Positions 8,300 to 14,237 of a DNA stretch of 14,237 nt are shown here, piece after piece (the stretch's first letter is position 1; every line of letters starts with the position of its first letter). Made by a program: the position numbers and the translations under genes. Below the pieces are notes generated by a model that searched no databases, was not told the origin of the DNA, and saw only the letters and a program-made list of their open reading frames with translations. The DNA is from Octopus sinensis (Eukaryota), in the NCBI RefSeq assembly GCF_006345805.1, contig NW_021825880.1, positions 1 to 14,237 of the forward strand, given 5' to 3'.

Positions 8300-8340
8300 T
8301 GGAATGATACCGTTTGTGAATGGGTCGGCTATATATATAT
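8300..8340 (-). promoter_or_regulatory. Putative TATA + Initiator core promoter of the apolipophorin-like gene (predicted TSS 8305)
   Basis: Minus strand ATATATATATAG (8340-8329) followed by TCATTC (8307-8302), a TCAKTY-type Inr; the T of TATATAG at 8335 is 30 nt upstream of the Inr A at 8305; the TSS is 55 nt upstream of the ATG. Confidence 0.55.
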
Positions 8341-8347
8341 CTTTCAG

Positions 8348-8560
8348 TGTGTGTATGTATGTATGTGTGTATGTATGTATGTATGTATGTATGTATGTAT
8401 GTATGTATGTATGTATTTATGTATGTATGTATTTATGTATGTATGTATTTATGTATGTATGTATTTATGTATGTATGTATGTATGTATGTATGTATGTAT
8501 GTATGTATGTATGTGTGTATGTATGTGTGTATGTATGTATGTATGTATGTATGCACACAT
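8348..8560. repeat. (ATGT)n tetranucleotide microsatellite directly upstream of the TATA box
   Basis: Directly visible. Confidence 0.95.
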
Positions 8561-9017
8561 ACATACAAGTACACATGTGCAAACACAGAAACACACATAT
8601 ATCAATATATATATATAATCTATATACAGTTGCACGCATGCACAGACACGCACATCTGTGTGTAGACCTATCAGTAACAACACAATTGCAGTCCTAAGTC
8701 CATCAGTAAACAAAAAGATGAAATGATGCTACAGCACGAGATTGGACCTCAGACCGTTCCACAGAGATAGATTTCAAAACCAACACCACCACCACGAACA
8801 CCACCACCACCACCACCACCACGCAACTGAATTAATGTATGACAGAGATAAAATTTTAATTTTAGAATTTCAGTTTCACTTGATTCTCGTGTAACAATCG
8901 GAAAAAAAGGACATATAGAAGATAAAATATGCGAACCAATTTGTGTATGTTTGTGTTTGGCAACGTATTTTTGCGTGATGAATTAGTATACGTATAGGTG
9001 TTTATGTGTGTGTATGT

Positions 9018-10117
9018 ATACTTTGATACTTTGATAGCTTTTAGCCAGTATTGGCCCAGGCCTTGTCTAACTTAATAGCATCTCCTAGCAAAGTCATTCA
9101 AATCAGGAATCGGATAACGTGGCCCACTCAAATAGCGGGCTTTTATTTACGGAGACATATCCGAATGTAAGGGGTTTATCCGAGATTTTTTTAAGGAATT
9201 CGTCCAAAGACTTCTTGAACTTTATGGGGTCTGTTGCTGCATTAATGTGTTTTGGTGCAATATTAAAGAGAGTGGGGCCAATTGAGGTGAAATAATTGTG
9301 CCGTTTTGTTGTAATGTAATGCGAGTATGATTTATGTTGTGGGCCGATAGTACGGGGTCCAAGTCTTGAGTGTCTCTTAAAGGCGATGCCAGCATCATTT
9401 GGGCAATGCTGATGGAATATTTTCCACATAATGAAGCAGCGTTGGAGAGAATAAAGCTTGAGCTTTTCTAGTTGACCCTAATGGTCAAGGCCTATCATGC
9501 CATCTATCTTTTTTTGTAATTGACCTTTGAAGTGCTTCATTTTTCATGATACCTTGTTTCGTGTGGGGAGACTACAGTGGACAACAGTATTCAAGGTGGG
9601 GCCGGGCAAAAGTGGAGAAGAGGAGGATAATGGTGTGGATATATCTCAACTGAAAAGCTTTGAGAATTCAGGAACATATTCTGTGGGCCATGTCAACTTT
9701 GCTGTTTATATGAGCAGCAAAGCTTATGTTGTCCACCACTACTCCCAAGTCTCTGATGTTGTTGGATGCCATACTAGTTTCACCTGAAGGAAGGAACTAT
9801 GGGGGTTTCAGGGTATCCTCTTTTCCAAAGTGGATTAAGTTAAATCTGTGCTTGTTCGGCAGCATATTATTCTATTCCACCCTTTGGACGACAGCCAGAA
9901 GATCTGAATGAAGGGAGGCCCAGTCACCCTCTTCATTGATGAGCTTCTCGATCTTGGAATCATCTGCAAAGATTCTTATGTTACTGTGCATGATGATGTC
10001 AGTAATACCATTTGGGCAATGCTGATGGAATATTTTCCACATCATGAAGCGGCGTTGGAGAGAATAAAGCTTGAGCTTTTCTAGTTGACCCAATGGTCAA
10101 GGCCTGTCATGCCATCT
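9018..10117 (-). mobile_element. Degenerate CR1/L2-group LINE (RT motif to 3' end) with an internal 110-bp duplication
   Basis: IIMHSNIRIFADDSKI (RT FADD motif), HLEYCCPL, LEKLKLYSLQR, WKIFHQHCPN, FTSIGPTLFN, FKKSLDEFL; several stops and frameshifts; short (ATCAAAGT)2 tail near 9018-9035. Confidence 0.85.
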
Positions 10118-10121
10118 GGTA

Positions 10122-10228
10122 GTAGCCTGAACTCTTTACATGAACACCACCCTGTACTTAACTCCAATGTCCCCCTACATGGCCTTGCTATTTGCTTTTG
10201 AGCCAAATTAACTAACTAACTAACTAAC
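10122..10228 (+). mobile_element. Extremely 5'-truncated copy (~107 bp) of the same CR1 family: 3' end plus (TAAC)5
   Basis: Nearly identical (about 3 differences by eye) to the reverse complement of 5755-5860. Confidence 0.9.
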
Positions 10229-10284
10229 CATTGATGTAGATGAGGAAAAGAAGTGGTCCCAACACAGTGCCTTGAAGAACATGC

Positions 10285-10447
10285 ATATATGTATGTGACG
10301 GGCTTCTCTCAGTATCCTTCTACAAATTTCGCTGAAGGTTCTGGCTTCTATAGTAGAAGCCATTTGATCAAGGTGCTTCGCAGTGGGACCGAACTTGAAA
10401 CTATGCGATTTAGAAGGAAACTTCTTTGCTACACAGCCTAGCCCGCC
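10285..10447 (-). mobile_element. Diverged SINE family A 5' half
   Basis: gacgggcttct...ctatagtagaag...caaggtgc..cgcagtgggac.gaac...acacagcc matches the family A head in reverse orientation. Confidence 0.7.
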
Positions 10448-10736
10448 CCTCATATGCACGTATAATGTAATTTGAACTAAATAATTTGGAAACTTTGTAG
10501 TTTTTCAAGTGTTTACATTGGAAAAAAAATATACGTATTTACAACAAACATTGATAGACAGACCGGCAGACAGAAAGACAGACAGAGAGAGATAGAGACA
10601 AACAGACAGACAGACAGATAGAAAAAGTGCGTAGAGAAAAAACAACTTTGGTCTGAGTTTATTTTATCTACATGTGTGATTGTTAAACTTTATTGAGTAG
10701 GGTTTCATAGTTCAGAGTGAAGCCCGCGACACGCGC

Positions 10737-11087
10737 GTGTGTATGTATGTATGTATGTATGTATGTATGTATGTATGTATGTATGTATGTATGTATGTAT
10801 GTATGTATGTATGTATATATGCATGCATGTATATATATATATATATGTGTGTGTGTATATGTGTGTACATGCATATTTTATGTATGCATGTGTGCATGTA
10901 TGTATGCATGCATGTATATATGTATTAGTGTATAAATGCATATATATATATATATATATGTGTGTATACGTGTGTACATGCATATTTTATGTATGTATGT
11001 ATGTATGTATGTATGTATGTATGTATGTATGTATGTATGTATGTATGCATGTATGTGTGTATGTATGTATGTATGTATGTATGTATA
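10737..11087 (+). repeat. (ATGT)n-rich microsatellite
   Basis: Directly visible. Confidence 0.95.
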
Positions 11088-11196
11088 TCTTTTCTGTATT
11101 TAATAACTCAAATTCTTCTTCTGAAGAAGGAACCGGTTTCTAACAAAGACAGAAAACTCCGTCTTTTTAGGTTTTAGTTACAGTGAAACATTGATA

Positions 11197-11533
11197 ATCA
11201 CACACACATACATACATACCTTCATACATACATACATACATACATACATACATACATACATACATACATACCTTCATACATACATACATACATACATACA
11301 TACATGCATACATACATACATACATACATACATACATACACCATACACACATACACACATACATACATACATACATACGTACATACATACATACATGCAC
11401 ACATACATATATACACACATACATACATACATACATACATACATACATACATGCATACATACATACATACATACCTTCATACATACATACATACACATAC
11501 ATATATACACACATACATACATACATACATATT

Positions 11534-11564
<31 letters not shown>

Positions 11565-11590
11565 TACATATACATACATACATACATATA
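11197..11590 (+). repeat. (ACAT)n-rich microsatellite, the inverse of 10737-11087
   Basis: Directly visible. Confidence 0.95.
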
Positions 11591-11749
11591 CAGGCGTAGT
11601 TGCGTAGTAAGCAGTTTGCTTCCCAACCACATGGTTCCGGGTTCAGTCCCACTGCGTGGCACCTTGGGCAAGTGTCTTCTACTATAGCCTCGAGCCGGCC
11701 AAAGCCTTGTGAGTGGATTTGGTAGACGGAAACTGAAAGAAGCCCATCG

Positions 11750-11781
<32 letters not shown>

Positions 11782-11885
11782 TATATGTGTGTTTGCATGT
11801 TTGTGTGTTCTTGTTTGTCACCCCCACTAATCGCTTGACAATCGATGTTGGCATGTTTATGTCCGCGAAACTTAGCGGTTCGGCA
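11590..11885 (+). mobile_element. SINE family A, 3'-truncated
   Basis: Same head, B box, core and internal microsatellite; stops after cttagcggttcggca. Confidence 0.85.
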
Positions 11886-11889
11886 TGCT

Positions 11890-12030
11890 CATAAAATTGT
11901 GGTTTCGATTCCTAGACTGGGCGATGCGTTGTATTCTTGAGCAAGGCACCTCATTTTACGTTGCTCCAGTTCATTCACCCGGCAAAAGTGAGTAATCTTG
12001 CGGTAGACTGACGCCCCATCCCGGCGGGGT
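11890..12030 (+). mobile_element. Family-B-related SINE fragment abutting the truncated SINE A
   Basis: ggtttcgattcctagactggg...ttcttgagcaaggcac...ttttacgttgctccagttcattca matches the head/core of 7360-7440. Confidence 0.7.
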
Positions 12031-12049
12031 ATATATATATGACCCAATA

Positions 12050-12530
12050 CATGACATCCTTTGTATCTTAATATACTTATTTTTTTACATCTTTACTTTT
12101 TTAAATTATATTTTGTACTTACTATTATCCTGTATAATTATGTTTAAATTCATACATATATCCTTTCCTCTTTGTGATCCCAACTTCATTAAAGATTCAC
12201 CCCCTTCCACTCCATTCCTCTTTCTCTCAACATCCAATCCCTTCATTCTTTATCGAGTGAGAAAACGATATGGACGTTTTGTTTTGGTGTCTCGCAATGC
12301 CATATACGCCTATGAGGAGTCACTTTCCCAATGAAACTCGGTTTTTTCCCAAACTTTTTCTCAAACCTGCTATAATGTAATACATGTCCTTGGTGTGGTA
12401 ATTGTACGCGGCTGAAGAAGGCTTTTGACCTACCTGTTATATCAATTATGCATTGATATAAGTTGTTCAATAAAGCCCGAAACAAATGTACCGCAGAATC
12501 CTTTGCGTCCTGTTTTTCTTTTGATACATA
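12050..12530 (+). mobile_element. Putative Penelope-like element terminal fragment
   Basis: Inferred from the embedded hammerhead motif, an upstream degenerate ctatgag...gaaactcgg, and a pyrimidine-rich segment; no RT or GIY-YIG ORF recognised. Confidence 0.35.
12408..12494 (+). ncRNA. Type I hammerhead ribozyme-like motif with intact core (Penelope-like element associated type)
   Basis: GCGG [CTGAAGA] A-GGCTTT...TTATATCAAT-tatgc-ATTGATATAA...AAAGCC-C [GAAA] C-aaat-G [TA] CCGC. Stem I GCGG/CCGC, long stem II, 2-bp stem III, GUA cleavage triplet ending at 12490. Confidence 0.7.
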
Positions 12531-12730
12531 TATATACATATATATATATATATTCAATCAAAGCAATTAAGATTCAAGTCAATTCCAATGAATTTACTTG
12601 AATGTGGTACTTAACTTAGATGCACCAGAAAAAAACTATATGGTGTTAACCATACAGTAATGTGGGGTGATTATTTGATATAGTTCATATATATATATAT
12701 ATATATATGTAGGTCCCGGTTGATTCGGGG

Positions 12731-12770
<40 letters not shown>

Positions 12771-12783
12771 ATATATATATATA

Positions 12784-13000
12784 TTTCTTTACTACCCAGA
12801 AGGGGCTAAACACAGAGGGGATAAAAAAGGACAGATAAACGGATTAAGTCAATTACATCGACCCCAGTGCGTAACTGGTACTTAGTTTATCGACCCCGAA
12901 AGGATGAAAGGCAAAGACGACCTCGGCGGAATTTGAACTCAGAACGTAACGGCAGACGAAATACGGCTACGCATTTCGCCCGGTGTGCTAACGTTTCTGT
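12784..13000 (-). mobile_element. tRNA-derived SINE, family C
   Basis: Reverse complement of the gttctgagttcaaattccgccgaggtcgactttgcctttcatcctttcggggtcgataaa..aagtaccagttacgcactggggtcgatgt domain also seen at 13440-13530. Confidence 0.85.
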
Positions 13001-13040
13001 GATTCCTTATGACTCGGGATGGTACTTTATTATTATTACT

Positions 13041-13530
13041 GAGAAGGCGGTGTCGATAAAATAAGTACCAGTTGAACACGGAGATCGATGTCATCGACTC
13101 ATACTCCGCCCACAGCTGGCTGCCGCTGTTGCAAATAATAATTATTACTATTGAGAAGGCGGTGAGCTGGCAGAATCGTTAGCAAGCTGGACGAAGTGCT
13201 TAGCAGTATTTCGCCTGTCGCTATATTCTGATTTCAACTTCCGCCAAGGTCGACTTTGCCTTTCATCTTTTGGGGTTTCGGTAAAATAAGTAGCAGTTAA
13301 ACACTGGGGTCGAAGTTATCGACTCATCCCCACCTCCCCACAAGCTGCCCCTGTGGCACAAATTTTTATTGTTGTTATTATTATTAATAATCGTTAACAC
13401 GCCTGGCAAAACGCTTAGCTGCGTCATGTTTGTCATTCCGTTCTGAGTTCAAATTCCGCCGAGGTCGACTTTGCCTTTCATCCTTTCGGAGTCGATGACA
13501 TAAGTACCAGTTACGCACTGGGGTCGATGT
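13041..13530 (+). mobile_element. Three head-to-tail SINE family C copies (13041-13135 internally deleted, 13153-13375 full and diverged, 13389-13530 3'-truncated)
   Basis: Repeated gagaaggcggtg head, repeated tcgataaaataagtaccag...ggggtcga core, (ATT)n spacers. Confidence 0.8.
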
Positions 13531-13684
13531 GGCTGTGTAGTAAGTAGCTTGCTAACCAACCACATGGTTTCGGGTTCAGTCCCACTGCGTGGCATCTTGG
13601 GCAAGTGTCTTCTGCTATAGCCCCGGGCCGACCAATGCCTTGTGAGTGGATTTGGTAGACGGAAACTGCAAGAAGCCTGTCGTA

Positions 13685-13731
<47 letters not shown>

Positions 13732-13945
13732 ATGTTTGTGTGTCCGTGTTTGTCCCCCTAGCATTGCTTGACAACCGATGCTGGTGTGTTTACGTCCCCG
13801 TCACCTAGCGGTTCGGCAAAAGAGACCGATAGAATAAGTACTGGGCTTACAAAGAATAAGTCCCAGGGTCGATTTGCTCGACTAAAGGCGGTGCTCCAGC
13901 ATGGCCGCAGTCAAATGACTGAAACAAGTAAAAGAGAAAAAAAAA
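13529..13945 (+). mobile_element. SINE family A, near full length
   Basis: Aligns by eye over its whole length with the reverse complement of 3580-3955. Confidence 0.88.
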
Positions 13946-14237
13946 ATACACATTGTGTTCACCCTTCATGCAATGTTCCCGGAGATACTCTCACATTCTA
14001 ATTCGATTTCTCTGCCACTCTATCAATCACTCATTCTTTCTTACTGTCTTTGTCCCCCTATCTCTCTTTCCCTTTCTCTCCCTTTCTCTCTCTCACACAC
14101 ACACACACACACACCGCCGCACAATCTAAAGAGAGAGTATCCTTCTCCCCAAAATTTCAAGCCTTGTGCCTATACTAGAAACGATTATTGCCTCAGCTTA
14201 AGCGAAGGCGAATGTATTGGTTTCTGTCTGTTTTTCC

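Noticed and set aside
11110-11185. CTGAAGA at 11121 as a fifth hammerhead
   Set aside because: On the plus strand there is no correctly placed stem II/GAAA/UH; the minus strand has GAAACCGGT but no recognisable core. At most a decayed remnant.
12305-12345. cctatgaggag...gaaactcgg as a tandem hammerhead partner of 12408
   Set aside because: The core lacks G5, and stems I and II cannot be drawn convincingly.
12243-12557. 104-aa minus-strand ORF as a Penelope protein fragment
   Set aside because: It starts in a (TA)n tract, and no RT or GIY-YIG motif is recognisable.
13041-13530. CRISPR-like array (repeated motifs with spacers)
   Set aside because: The repeats are diverged SINE copies of unequal length in eukaryotic DNA; there is no constant repeat/spacer period and no cas genes.

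Overview
AT-rich, microsatellite- and SINE-dense eukaryotic DNA, most likely octopus or another coleoid cephalopod (inferred from the SINE families as I recall them; no database check). The minus strand carries the 5' end of a large lipid transfer protein gene (apolipophorin/apoB-like, Vitellogenin_N domain). I reconstructed six coding exons by hand from GT/AG sites and phases: 8250-8193, 4536-4480, 2910-2750, 1981-1757, 1569-1410 and 21-<1. A TATA+Inr core promoter lies at ~8305-8340 and a 10-codon uORF sits in the 5'UTR. Exon 5 is 3n+1 long with several apparent indels, which creates a TAA at the exon 5/6 junction (sequence error or null/pseudogene allele). Introns and upstream DNA hold a mariner remnant split by a young CR1 LINE, a second rearranged CR1/L2-group LINE, at least three tRNA-derived SINE families and many simple repeats. 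The most unusual signal is four different type I hammerhead-ribozyme-shaped motifs of the minimal, Penelope-retroelement type. The one at 12408-12494 has an intact catalytic core.
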